Virus record (IMG/VR): IMGVR_UViG_3300048930_001385 | Reading direction: 5' to 3' (one strand) | DNA: 46,206 nucleotides | Origin: an uncultured virus (IMG/VR IMGVR_UViG_3300048930_001385) | Lineage: Duplodnaviria; Heunggongvirae; Uroviricota; Caudoviricetes | In this document: in pieces, positions 28,058 through 36,773 of the stretch | How positions within the stretch are numbered: position 1 is the stretch's first letter | How the letters are laid out: each line of letters begins with the position of its first letter | The notes under the pieces: model-generated | Told to the model about the DNA's origin: nothing | The model's database searches: none | Seen by the model: the letters and a program-made list of their open reading frames with translations, nothing else | Program-made: the position numbers and the translations under genes

Positions 28058-28119
28058 AAATTTGTATGAAAGTTGTTTAACACCCTTCAGTTAACATAAA
28101 TAGTCTTCTCTTGTTTTCT

Positions 28120-28163
28120 GTATCGGTATGTGCCTGGCTTTACTTAAGGACAAGCAGTTGGCC
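28120..28163 (-). promoter_or_regulatory. repeated element upstream of tRNA-Leu
   Basis: GGCCA-N6-TGTCC TTAA-N16-ACCGATAC. Confidence 0.85.
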
Positions 28164-28223
28164 ATCACACATATTTTACCAGGGCTTGTTAATTTTCAGT
28201 AGAGACTCACGTGCTACTGCGGT

Positions 28224-28709
28224 TCAGTCCGAAGGCATACTGCCGCCGTACACCTCCATCAGCTCTTGCCTGCTCTTCGCACGAAGGCGGCGAAGAATAT
28301 TCAAAAAGCTCAGAGAGTCTATCCTCCCGGTCTCATTTTTAATCTCATTAACTGCCGCATAAAAGTCGCGGACGTCCATCCCTTCGTTCAGGCGAAACCC
28401 GCTGTCGCCAGGAGCAGAGACACCAATCTCAAGGAGTATGCCAGGCCGGTGATGGATAATCTCAAGAACGATGTCATCGGCACCAATATCCGTGGCCATG
28501 GTTCTCATCTCAAGAAGAAGGGCGGCCACTCGCTCATTCTCTCCCTTCACAAATGCTAATTCGCGATCTCGCTCTTCCTGCTTCTCGCGACAGCGCGTAT
28601 AAAGAGCTTCGCCTTCAAAACGATCATGCTCTTTCATAAGCTCCGCCGCCTCAGCAGCAGTGAGAGAGAATTCGGTCATGAGCTTTTTGCGAATGAGGAT
28701 TGGCAGCAT
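28224..28709 (-). CDS. hypothetical protein
   Basis: Leaderless start. Confidence 0.75.
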   Translation of the reverse strand: MLPILIRKKLMTEFSLTAAEAAELMKEHDRFEGEALYTRCREKQEERDRELAFVKGENERVAALLLEMRTMATDIGADDIVLEIIHHRPGILLEIGVSAPGDSGFRLNEGMDVRDFYAAVNEIKNETGRIDSLSFLNILRRLRAKSRQELMEVYGGSMPSD

Positions 28710-28716
28710 ACAATAC

Positions 28717-28759
28717 TTATCGGGACTATCGGTCCAAACTCAAGGACAAATAGTTGGCC
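28717..28759 (-). promoter_or_regulatory. repeated element
   Basis: GGCCA-N6-TGTCC...CCCGATAA-N7-ATG. Confidence 0.85.
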
Positions 28760-28840
28760 TTCTGTATACGCTGGCGTGAAAACCTCTATCGTGGTGATCT
28801 AGATAAATCTAATAATCCGGACAAAAGTGCCCCGCAGAGA

Positions 28841-29482
28841 TTAGCGGTCAATACCTTGGGACAGCCCGTCAAGATTGGTGGCAGAGTCCAAGTCTCCGGC
28901 TGAACGGACACTTTCAAGCTTAGGTCGGTTAGCATGGCTAGCGGCAGTCGCCTTATGCACAAGTTCTTTATCTTGACTGACAACCGGTACAGCTTGCTCT
29001 TTGGCCCATGAGCGATGCTTTTCAAAGTCAGCCCCAAAGACCTTTGCAATGGCTCTTTCATCAGCTTGGCGATAATCAGATCCGAATGAATTGGGGGATC
29101 CTTCTAATTTGTAATGAATATTTTTAGTCACGTCTCGTAGCTCTTGGCTGTCTGTTACTATGCCCTGGCGATGCAAGTTGATAGCGATAGCGGCCGCTTC
29201 AACAGAACGGTCGGCTTGAGCATAATTATCATAAAGCTGAGCGATTCGCTCTCCTTGTGGGTCGTAAACATTACAAACACTACTAGGGTAATCCCCAGGC
29301 GGCCTATCAAGATTGCCGCTTATGGATATCTTGTAGCCCTCGTTTGTCTGATATTCACTGATTCTAGATGCAATCTCACCCGGCTTGCCGGTCTCTTGTC
29401 GAGTCTGGGTAAATTCTACAGGCTCGGTACTAATATCGGGAGCATTGCGCGCGACTATTTTATTGCGAATATTGTCAAACAT
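28841..29482 (-). CDS. hypothetical protein
   Basis: ORF; TGATAGTAT extended -10 6 nt upstream. Confidence 0.75.
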   Translation of the reverse strand: MFDNIRNKIVARNAPDISTEPVEFTQTRQETGKPGEIASRISEYQTNEGYKISISGNLDRPPGDYPSSVCNVYDPQGERIAQLYDNYAQADRSVEAAAIAINLHRQGIVTDSQELRDVTKNIHYKLEGSPNSFGSDYRQADERAIAKVFGADFEKHRSWAKEQAVPVVSQDKELVHKATAASHANRPKLESVRSAGDLDSATNLDGLSQGIDR

Positions 29483-29569
29483 GAATTAATACTATCACCA
29501 TACAAAAAAGTTGTGGAATTTTCGACGCATATAACCTTTATCTAGAAATAGGCGAGGCCATTGGCGTAT

Positions 29570-29641
29570 GTATTTGATGGGGAGCCAGCCCATAATCCCA
29601 GACTTTAAGTTCAGTCCATATGCCCATTCTGGCACAGGTGC
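29570..29641 (-). pseudogene. decayed copy of tRNA-Leu(UAA)
   Basis: GCACCTGTGCCAGAATGGGCATATGGACTGAACTTAAAGTCTGG matches the 5' part of the tRNA at 28057; T arm and 3' acceptor strand degenerate. Confidence 0.8.
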
Positions 29642-29670
29642 TTAGTTATCTCATTATAACAAAGTTTAAA

Positions 29671-30096
29671 CTAGTTATCGCAACCAACATCCTTCGCTGC
29701 ATTGATCAAGCGAATACTGTAGTCATTCCGAGCAAAGAGGATTACGAGATCATCCCGCTCAAAATCAAGGAGGAATAGCTCGGTGCCTTGTTTGCGCATA
29801 TGCTTAAGTGCGCTACGTGTCGCCCACTCGAGGCGATCTTGATCGCGGTTACTGACCTCATCGGGCAGGCTGAGTTCTTGCGGTGGGATATGGTCAGCAT
29901 ACTCCGATAGTGTCTCCGGCGAAGCCAGCGCTCGGACAGCATCGGCACGGACACCCCTGCCAGCTAGCATCGTAATCGGACCAGTAAACTGCGCCAAGAT
30001 AGTTTTACGCTCGGGCTCGGCATCCAGCAGAGTTACCACGCTCTGGGCACCGGCCACAAAGGCGGAACGAGAGTACCAGTCTGTAAAGATCCCCAT
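29671..30096 (-). CDS. hypothetical protein
   Basis: ORF coupled to the upstream gene. Confidence 0.7.
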   Translation of the reverse strand: MGIFTDWYSRSAFVAGAQSVVTLLDAEPERKTILAQFTGPITMLAGRGVRADAVRALASPETLSEYADHIPPQELSLPDEVSNRDQDRLEWATRSALKHMRKQGTELFLLDFERDDLVILFARNDYSIRLINAAKDVGCDN

Positions 30097-30098
30097 AT

Positions 30099-30569
30099 CT
30101 AAACGAGCCCAATCTCTGGGGAGGGACTTGTGTACTTGCCCCAGGTGTAGCTTTTCTTACAATCCGTATTCGTGTATTCGCAGAGGATATTACCGTCGTG
30201 ATCAGTGATCATGAAAGCGAGGGTCCCATCGCCCTCCCAGTGCCAACAAGTGTGGACAACACAGTCAGCGAAAATAATCTGTCCGCCATCGCCGTCTCGC
30301 GCCATCTCATCGATTTCGTCTTCATCAAGTCCATCATTCCAAGGGTCGTTCTGCCAGCGCAGATCCACGGGGAATGCAAACTCAGCCCAAAAAGCGCGTC
30401 GGTAATCCTCGTCACCGTAGGCGAAACCGTTATTGGTGTCAAAAGTGGTGTAACAGCCGTAATCACCTTGACTCTGGTCAAAGACGATGCCACGCAACAT
30501 CTCGCCCTGAGCATTAGTGTCTGGGCAAAGCCTGAGTGCTGCGATGAGATTGGTTTCTCGGGCGTTCAT
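30099..30569 (-). CDS. hypothetical acidic protein
   Basis: Start moved to MNARET; WHWEGDGTL, NTDCKK. Confidence 0.75.
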   Translation of the reverse strand: MNARETNLIAALRLCPDTNAQGEMLRGIVFDQSQGDYGCYTTFDTNNGFAYGDEDYRRAFWAEFAFPVDLRWQNDPWNDGLDEDEIDEMARDGDGGQIIFADCVVHTCWHWEGDGTLAFMITDHDGNILCEYTNTDCKKSYTWGKYTSPSPEIGLV

Positions 30570-30576
30570 GCAGTTA

Positions 30577-30620
30577 GTATCGTCGCCGATAGAGATTACC
30601 TTGAGGCCATATTGATGGCC
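30577..30620 (-). promoter_or_regulatory. repeated element (variant -10 GACGATAC)
   Basis: GGCCA-N6-TGGCC TCAA-N16-GACGATAC-N7-ATG. Confidence 0.8.
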
Positions 30621-30665
30621 GCCCCAGACAATACAGGAGGCAAGCGCATGCTTCATTTTGACAGG

Positions 30666-31436
30666 TTATCGCGCTATGCTTATGCCCTGGTACTGTTCTC
30701 GTGTTAGACCAAACGATTTAGCCATAACCGCGACAGCATCACTTCCCCAATCACGAGGAAAAATGAGACCATAACGACGTCGGCTGCCATCCAAATCTAG
30801 AGAAGCGTTGTCGCAGAAAACTATCTGAGCGTCACCATCATAGGGATCAAGTTTGTTAGGAAAACGGCACAACCGCAGGGTGTGTCCAGGATTACCTGGA
30901 TCCGGCTGTTCATCAATCAGGTGGAACCTATCCTCTAGGTTTTCCCAGCCGCCGTGTTCTTCAAACCAGACGCGGCGCTGCTCAGTATTCTCACATGTTA
31001 GGGCGTCCTCAACTGTCCAAGACCAGAAACTAGCCCCGACAGCAACTTCGCGGCAGTAGTGCATCTCCCAATTCAAAGTTCCGTCAGAGTTCCACCATCG
31101 GACCGCAGGCGTGGATTCGTCTGGATTGTGAAGTTGACCCTGCTGATAATAAAACTCGCCGCGCAGCTGTCCGCTCTCGTACCAACATCGATACGCTGGC
31201 CCACCATCCCTCGGATCGTGCCGCTGACCCTGCTGAAAGTGAATAGCCTTCCAGGGCTGTCCGTTTTCGTACCAATCAATAAAAGCAGGACCCCCGTTCG
31301 GAGGGTCGTGCAGGAGAGTGTCAGCCCAATAACCGATATGTTCGCCCCAGTCGCCCCGCATGTTCCAGCCCAAAGCCTTGTCTTCAGCAGTGAGCTGATA
31401 AGGACCATCCGGTAGCTGAGAAGAAGATGTGGTCAT
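30666..31436 (-). CDS. 30-aa repeat (MORN-like) protein with DUF6745-like C-terminus, paralog 1
   Basis: H[DN]PxxGxPA...WYENG repeats; NTEQRRVWFE...PDPGNPG...DGSRRRYGL...SFGL; start 31436 or 31448. Confidence 0.8.
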   Translation of the reverse strand: MTTSSSQLPDGPYQLTAEDKALGWNMRGDWGEHIGYWADTLLHDPPNGGPAFIDWYENGQPWKAIHFQQGQRHDPRDGGPAYRCWYESGQLRGEFYYQQGQLHNPDESTPAVRWWNSDGTLNWEMHYCREVAVGASFWSWTVEDALTCENTEQRRVWFEEHGGWENLEDRFHLIDEQPDPGNPGHTLRLCRFPNKLDPYDGDAQIVFCDNASLDLDGSRRRYGLIFPRDWGSDAVAVMAKSFGLTREQYQGISIAR

Positions 31437-31450
31437 GGTGTCTTCCATGA

Positions 31451-31492
31451 TCATCGGCAATCATAAGCAAGACAGTAGGCCAAGTTATGGCC
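31451..31492 (-). promoter_or_regulatory. repeated element
   Basis: GGCCA-N5-TGGCC...GCCGATGA. Confidence 0.8.
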
Positions 31493-31552
31493 ACTTCGCT
31501 TATATGCTCCACAAAAACAAGCATCTGGTTGAGTGCGTGGTAGCATAAGATT

Positions 31553-32461
31553 ATGACAGGCCGCGATCCCACAGGTAAAGACAAGCCAATGCTATCCCGG
31601 CTGAGGGATAAGATTATGGGTGAGGGAGTCTCAACAGCAGTTTCTGCTGGTATTGGTGGCGCGATAGCAGGACCTCCGGGTGCATTAGCTGGCGCCGCCG
31701 CCGGAATGGTTGCTGAAGAAGGCTTCCATCGTATTGTCTCTGCTGTTACCGGACGCGACAAAGGCAGTGAAGAGTACCAGCTTTTCGCCGTCTACTTGAG
31801 TGAATATTTATACAGTCATCAAAACCGCGAGGATGGCTTGACAGGTATTACCGAGACAAGTCCCGAAAAGCTCCAGCCGTTCGAAGTCACTTATCGCAAA
31901 TTGTATGAAAATATTCAGGCGCACGATCAAGCTCTTCACCGGGAAGTGCTCATGCGAGGCCTCGCCCGCGCTGCCGTGTGTGACGCGGATGATGACATGA
32001 AGACCCTGCCAAATCGCGAGACCCTTATTAGCATGATGAAACAAACCGAGTCAATGACTCCCCGTCAAATTGCAATCGTGGCGATAGTAGCTGAAAATAG
32101 TATCGATTCCTGGGCGGACGGTTCCTGGTGGATGGAGACGAGTGGTCCAGACCAAAGCACCGTTAATGATAGACGGATGTACCAGGAAATTTTTGAACTG
32201 ACCCAAGGCGCATATAGACTGCTCACCCAGTATGGGCCTTGGAAGCGTAAACAGCCCCGAGAAGAAATACCTCCACAGGACTGGAACGAGATAGACCTGC
32301 AAAGACTAGGTCTTACTCGACAAGGAGAAGATTTTTATAAAGTCTTGCAGCTAGAAAACCTAAGTCCCGAATACAAGCTCTCTATAGCCGATCAACTATC
32401 ACCCGCTGGAGCAATGATGCGTGAGCTGCGCACGGATGATACTGGTCCTGATCTAGGGTAG
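31553..32461 (+). CDS. hypothetical protein with glycine-zipper N-terminus
   Basis: AGIGGAIAGPPGALAGAAAG; TGGTAGCAT extended -10 6 nt upstream. Confidence 0.75.
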   Translation: MTGRDPTGKDKPMLSRLRDKIMGEGVSTAVSAGIGGAIAGPPGALAGAAAGMVAEEGFHRIVSAVTGRDKGSEEYQLFAVYLSEYLYSHQNREDGLTGITETSPEKLQPFEVTYRKLYENIQAHDQALHREVLMRGLARAAVCDADDDMKTLPNRETLISMMKQTESMTPRQIAIVAIVAENSIDSWADGSWWMETSGPDQSTVNDRRMYQEIFELTQGAYRLLTQYGPWKRKQPREEIPPQDWNEIDLQRLGLTRQGEDFYKVLQLENLSPEYKLSIADQLSPAGAMMRELRTDDTGPDLG

Positions 32462-32842
32462 GCAGGATAGGGCTTCTTCTAATCCCGGCCAGAGGGGCGA
32501 GGGCAAGCTGTCTAGCGCGAACCAGTGCCAACCCTCACACTTGTCTGGCTCTAGTGTCTGAACCGGATTATCGGAGGTTTGGCAGTGGTAGTAGAGTGTG
32601 ATATAGTGCTTGTTCCACTCAGGCATAACATCGTTAGTGAATGTGATCTTTTCCATCCCAAGCACGGTCAAGGCTGTTTCTTCGCCGACTTCACGACGGA
32701 CAGCATCGACCGGATCTTCTTCCCACTCTAGGTGCCCACCAGGTGTAGACCATAGACCGGCTCCATGAGACCCTCTGCGGCGTCCAAGGAGTAATTGACC
32801 ATCACGAAATATTAATGCTGAGACACCAACCCGAGGTTCCAT
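32453..32842 (-). CDS. Nudix hydrolase (MutT/NUDT15-like)
   Basis: PRVGV, PGGHLE..E......RREVGEET, HYIT, EPDKCEGW.W. Confidence 0.92.
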   Translation of the reverse strand: MEPRVGVSALIFRDGQLLLGRRRGSHGAGLWSTPGGHLEWEEDPVDAVRREVGEETALTVLGMEKITFTNDVMPEWNKHYITLYYHCQTSDNPVQTLEPDKCEGWHWFALDSLPSPLWPGLEEALSCLP

Positions 32843-32846
32843 GATC

Positions 32847-33329
32847 TTATTTTAGCTCATTCTCTGCTCGTTCGGCAAGACCTGGATAGTGGTAATGCAC
32901 GTATCCTCGCTCCCAGTCCTTGACGATTTGGTGCAGCTCGCTGCCTGCCTTCTGGCGGATGATCTTGCCCTCTAAGTGCTGGAGCGCATCATGTTTATCG
33001 TTGATCTTAATCGCCTTACGAATCGCGCGCGGATTCAAGATCGCTACTTTGACTCGGGGCCAGCGCCTATTTAAGACCGCGAGTTTGCGATACTTGTAGT
33101 AGACATGCTTACCACAACATTCGATGTACAAATCCCACTCGGGAATATAATAATCTGGCTGAAAACCCCGGTGTTCGCCAAGCCGGTAACAATGCGGCTC
33201 GTAAAGGTAATGGACGCCTAGACCGTCTAGCCAGTCCCTGATACTTTCTTCGCCAGGATTTTGGAGGTCTTGACTACCTCCGTTTGCCTCACCAGGCTCA
33301 ATGTAATATCCGTCGTCAGGACGGAACAT
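32847..33329 (-). CDS. PD-(D/E)XK-like nuclease
   Basis: YEP...FQPDYYIP..DLYIECCG. Confidence 0.7.
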   Translation of the reverse strand: MFRPDDGYYIEPGEANGGSQDLQNPGEESIRDWLDGLGVHYLYEPHCYRLGEHRGFQPDYYIPEWDLYIECCGKHVYYKYRKLAVLNRRWPRVKVAILNPRAIRKAIKINDKHDALQHLEGKIIRQKAGSELHQIVKDWERGYVHYHYPGLAERAENELK

Positions 33330-33609
33330 CGCACTTAAGACGCTTGTAATTGATGATAGTGAAACTCTTATCAGCTGACGTAGCCTCAAAGGAGACTTGA
33401 CAAGTCCCCTCGTTCTCAACAGTTTGATTGCAGAGCCAAGTGTGAGCACTGTCCCAGTCGCTCAGGCGCAGCACACGACAATCCCTAAAGCCAAGGTCAG
33501 TAAAATGGGGCTCAGCTCGCTGAAGGGCCGTCTTACTATCCTCACCATAGCAGCCGCTAAGCAATAGGGCGGAGAACAATAAGGTGAATAGGAGAAGGGT
33601 GGCGCGCAT
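33316..33609 (-). CDS. putative lipoprotein
   Basis: LLLSG/C lipobox. Confidence 0.75.
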   Translation of the reverse strand: MRATLLLFTLLFSALLLSGCYGEDSKTALQRAEPHFTDLGFRDCRVLRLSDWDSAHTWLCNQTVENEGTCQVSFEATSADKSFTIINYKRLKCDVPS

Positions 33610-33611
33610 AC

Positions 33612-33845
33612 CTATCCCATCTCTCCACGCGTAGGCCACTTGCCTTGGGCACGCAGCTCATCGCGAGTGGCAATCCAGAGGTCAGTATCACACTGACCAG
33701 TGTCCTTAGCAACTGTTCTCAGCCACGTTCGGAGTTCTCGCGGACGGGGAAAGGTTGGATTACTGTCAACATACTCACGAGCCCAAGCGCGCGCCGTGGC
33801 GGCCGCCGCTGATCTTCGTTCTGCTCGTAGCTGCATGGCGTTCAT
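33612..33845 (-). CDS. hypothetical protein
   Basis: Start moved to MNAMQ. Confidence 0.7.
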   Translation of the reverse strand: MNAMQLRAERRSAAAATARAWAREYVDSNPTFPRPRELRTWLRTVAKDTGQCDTDLWIATRDELRAQGKWPTRGEMG

Positions 33846-33852
33846 ACTAGTT

Positions 33853-33895
33853 CTATCGGTCATTATGAGCCATGCTTGAGGACAGTGCGGTGGCC
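33853..33895 (-). promoter_or_regulatory. repeated element
   Basis: GGCCA-N6-TGTCC TCAA-N15-ACCGATAG-N7-ATG. Confidence 0.85.
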
Positions 33896-34014
33896 GCCTT
33901 GCGGACTCTGCACGAGTAGGACAGTGCGGTGGCCGCCTTGCGGACTCTGCACGAGTAGGACAGTGCGGTGGCCGCCTTGCGGACTCTGCACGAGTAGGAC
34001 AGTGCGGTGGCCGC
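33879..34014. repeat. perfect 39-bp tandem repeat x3.5 containing the palindrome
   Basis: aggacagtgcggtggccgccttgcggactctgcacgagt at 33879, 33918, 33957 and partial at 33996. Confidence 0.95.
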
Positions 34015-34022
34015 GTTGTGTT

Positions 34023-34886
34023 TCAGGATACCTTCTCAGCGCGGGTCGTAGCAACCAATTCGGCACCCCTAGGCTGGTCGTAATCTTTGTCAAACCATGA
34101 ACACACATAGTGAACTGTTTCTACCCCATTCAGCTGGAAATACCGCCCCTGAGTTTGATCACGCCACGCGCGCCACCCGCCATGCCCATCAAAACGCGGG
34201 GCGCACTCGTGCGCGGGCTCATCGTCCGCACCCTTGTTGATAAACGGCTCACTGTCAACACAGTTGTAGCCATCAGCTGTCTTGACAAAGAACCAGCCCA
34301 CCTCGGGAGCATACATATCCTGAAGCACAGGATCAAAGGATCCGCGCCGAAAATAGAGAATTCCGTCGCCTTCCTTGATATTGCCATTGTCAACCTGCTT
34401 GATCTCTGCCTCAATCGCTGCCTGGATCCAAGTCTCTCGAAGTCTATTCCATTCATCCTTATGCTGCTCGTAAGCATTGGGCAGCCAATCGTTGCAGCTG
34501 TCCACAAGAGGTGCAATCAGGGTAAAAACGTGAGCTAAGTTACGATAACTAGGATTGTCAGAAGATGGGTTAGCGTTCCCAAACGACAGGAGTATCTTCT
34601 GGACCGAGCGGTCAGGTCGACGAACAGCTTCAATTGGTAGCCAGTCGGAGATAGAGTAGATATTACCTTCAAGGGCGACGTAAAGTCCCCACACCAGATC
34701 GAGCGGGTGGAGGGCTTCTTTATTACGAAATCCCAATAGAAAAGCTGTGTCAATACTATCGTCAGAATCACCCGAAAACGCTGAGATAACAACTTCGTAA
34801 TCCGTGAACTTGGCCTTGATCGATTCAAGATGTTCTTGATTAGTGGGCTTCGCCGCTTCCTTATCCTTATGCCAGAATGACTTCAT
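34023..34886 (-). CDS. hypothetical protein
   Basis: 287-aa ORF, leaderless start. Confidence 0.8.
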   Translation of the reverse strand: MKSFWHKDKEAAKPTNQEHLESIKAKFTDYEVVISAFSGDSDDSIDTAFLLGFRNKEALHPLDLVWGLYVALEGNIYSISDWLPIEAVRRPDRSVQKILLSFGNANPSSDNPSYRNLAHVFTLIAPLVDSCNDWLPNAYEQHKDEWNRLRETWIQAAIEAEIKQVDNGNIKEGDGILYFRRGSFDPVLQDMYAPEVGWFFVKTADGYNCVDSEPFINKGADDEPAHECAPRFDGHGGWRAWRDQTQGRYFQLNGVETVHYVCSWFDKDYDQPRGAELVATTRAEKVS

Positions 34887-34893
34887 ATAGACA

Positions 34894-34935
34894 ATATCGG
34901 CCCTTAGACTGTCACCTAAAGGACAAGTTGTGGCC
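34894..34935 (-). promoter_or_regulatory. repeated element
   Basis: GGCCA-N5-TGTCC...GCCGATAT-N7-ATG; upstream TAG shares the first G. Confidence 0.85.
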
Positions 34936-35480
34936 TATACCCTGGACTGAACATAAGTATGGAAATTGTCTACGGCCGAGGATAGGTCTTGGTTCATGAT
35001 CGTCACGTCAGCAAGTTCGCGCATCACCTCGCGCCGGGGAGCATCAGCCTTTAGTCGAGCCCGGATACTCTCTTCTGAGTCGCCACGGGAACGCATACGG
35101 CGTGCAACTTCCTCTTCATCAACATCAATAAGAATAATAGCCGCGCCAAGGAGCTCCTTGATCTGCTTGGCAACGCCCTCGACCACGATCATGAGCAGCG
35201 GCGTATCACCAGCTTCAACTTCAGATCGGAGTGTTCCATAACGGGTTCCAGCAAACTCCGTGGTCAGCAGGAACCGTCCCTCTCGCTGCCAGCGGTCGTA
35301 CTCCTCATCACTTACGTAATAATAATCAACTCCGTGCGCCTCGCCAGGACGAGGCGCACGGTTAGTTGTAGAAGTAAACTTGCGATACGCATTGGGATAG
35401 CGAGTCATTAGCTCACGCACGAGAGTGTCCTTGCCTGCGCCGCTTGCGCCGACAATACAGTAAACAGAGGTGTTACTCAT
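34935..35480 (-). CDS. gmk: guanylate kinase
   Basis: GASGAGKDT, STTNRAPRPGE.HGVDYYYV, YGT, RGDSEESI..RL. Confidence 0.9.
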   Translation of the reverse strand: MSNTSVYCIVGASGAGKDTLVRELMTRYPNAYRKFTSTTNRAPRPGEAHGVDYYYVSDEEYDRWQREGRFLLTTEFAGTRYGTLRSEVEAGDTPLLMIVVEGVAKQIKELLGAAIILIDVDEEEVARRMRSRGDSEESIRARLKADAPRREVMRELADVTIMNQDLSSAVDNFHTYVQSRV

Positions 35481-35486
35481 TTATCC

Positions 35487-35735
35487 TTATTCTCCCAATA
35501 CTGTGATAACAAGCCAGTGATCCTTATCGCGAGTTTTCCTGACAACGAACCGGACACCGTGAGCGCGAACCTTACAGACCGGCAGCTTCTCGCGACCACG
35601 AACTCGAGCAAGATAATCGCTCGCAGCCTCCGAGAACTTCTCGATATCAACCTTCTCAACGCGCTCGCCAAATCGGGTGCGTGCGTGTTTGGTGAAATGG
35701 ATAACGGGTTTATCACTCTCTCCTGTATCGTTCAT
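35487..35735 (-). CDS. small protein, possible RelE/DUF4258-like RNase fold
   Basis: FTKHARTRFGER...VITV. Confidence 0.6.
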   Translation of the reverse strand: MNDTGESDKPVIHFTKHARTRFGERVEKVDIEKFSEAASDYLARVRGREKLPVCKVRAHGVRFVVRKTRDKDHWLVITVLGE

Positions 35736-35765
35736 ACTCTTTTCCTCTCCGGGTGCGTACTACTA

Positions 35766-35809
35766 TTATCGGTGTATTCCCCTGTCTACCTAAGGCCAAG
35801 ATCATGGCC
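35766..35809 (-). promoter_or_regulatory. repeated element overlapping the rnz stop
   Basis: GGCCA-N6-TGGCC...ACCGATAA. Confidence 0.85.
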
Positions 35810-36722
35810 CACAATAGTAACCGTCCTCACCGATGACGACCTTGACGCTATCTCCGGCTACTGCACTTGCCTCAGTAAGGACATCATCCGGTGTATAGCG
35901 TGAGGATAAGTGATTGAGGACTAAACATACAGGTGTGCCAGCACTCGCGCCAAGCTTACCAGCGTCGCCAGCGGTCATGTGTCCGTTCTTCTCAGCCTTG
36001 TCCCGATCTTGTTCAAGATAAGTCGCCTCGCTAACAATCAGGCTGCATGAACTGGCCATTTTGGACAAACCCTCGTGCCAAGCCGTATCGCCAGTATACA
36101 ACCACCGTCGCCCTGGCTGCGGAGCAAGCAAGTAGTCTTGGCCGCGTAGAACCCTTCCATCGTCTAGGGTCAAATCTTCGCCCCGGGCGAGAATTTTCAT
36201 ATCTGGGCCGAAAGTGGCCCCGTCAGCAAGAGCTTTACCAGCATTCAATCGCGGAGGCTGGACATCCTCTTCAAAGACAATACTTAGAGCAGGGCTTGTG
36301 TGAACCGCAGCGTAGAAAAGCGCAGTCCACTCCGAACCCAGACGCAGACTGTCACCTGGCTCAATGGTCTCTAGCGCGTAAAGGCTAGGGTGAGTCATTG
36401 TTGCGTCCAAATAGGCACGAAGCAAAGGCTCATTAGTAGGCAGACAATAAATAGGTAGCGGCTCGCACTCGCTGTGTCCAGCACGGGTTTTAACGATACT
36501 TGCAAGCCCGAGGTAGTGATCCGCGTGGTAGTGTGTCAGGATTACTGCATCAAGCGAATTCGCGCCTAAGTTGGCCCACTGCAGTAGGCCCTTCTGTGCG
36601 CCTTCACCAGCATCAAGCAGGATGTTCTTACCCCCGATCTTAACCAAGTTGGCAGAGCAAGAGCGCGAACGGGTCGGCTTGGTTGCCGCCGTACCGAGTA
36701 ATGTTATGCTAATCTGCTCCAC
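35802..36722 (-). CDS. rnz: ribonuclease Z (tRNase Z)
   Basis: LGT, DAGEG, THYHADH, exosite-like GP insert, TGDT, EAT, H, NHLSSRY. Confidence 0.9.
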   Translation of the reverse strand: MEQISITLLGTAATKPTRSRSCSANLVKIGGKNILLDAGEGAQKGLLQWANLGANSLDAVILTHYHADHYLGLASIVKTRAGHSECEPLPIYCLPTNEPLLRAYLDATMTHPSLYALETIEPGDSLRLGSEWTALFYAAVHTSPALSIVFEEDVQPPRLNAGKALADGATFGPDMKILARGEDLTLDDGRVLRGQDYLLAPQPGRRWLYTGDTAWHEGLSKMASSCSLIVSEATYLEQDRDKAEKNGHMTAGDAGKLGASAGTPVCLVLNHLSSRYTPDDVLTEASAVAGDSVKVVIGEDGYYCGP

Positions 36723-36729
36723 GTTAGAG

Positions 36730-36773
36730 TTATCGGCAGAGCAAACAATTCTCTGTAGGCCAATCTATTGGCC
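36730..36773 (-). promoter_or_regulatory. repeated element overlapping the upstream stop
   Basis: GGCCA-N6-TGGCC...GCCGATAA-N7-GTG. Confidence 0.85.

Noticed and set aside
33879..34014. CRISPR array
   Set aside because: Intervening sequences are identical, so it is a plain tandem repeat; no cas genes
33863..34108. ORFs 33863..34108 and 33876..34100
   Set aside because: Open only because the 39-bp repeat has no stops; they overlap the promoter element and the upstream gene
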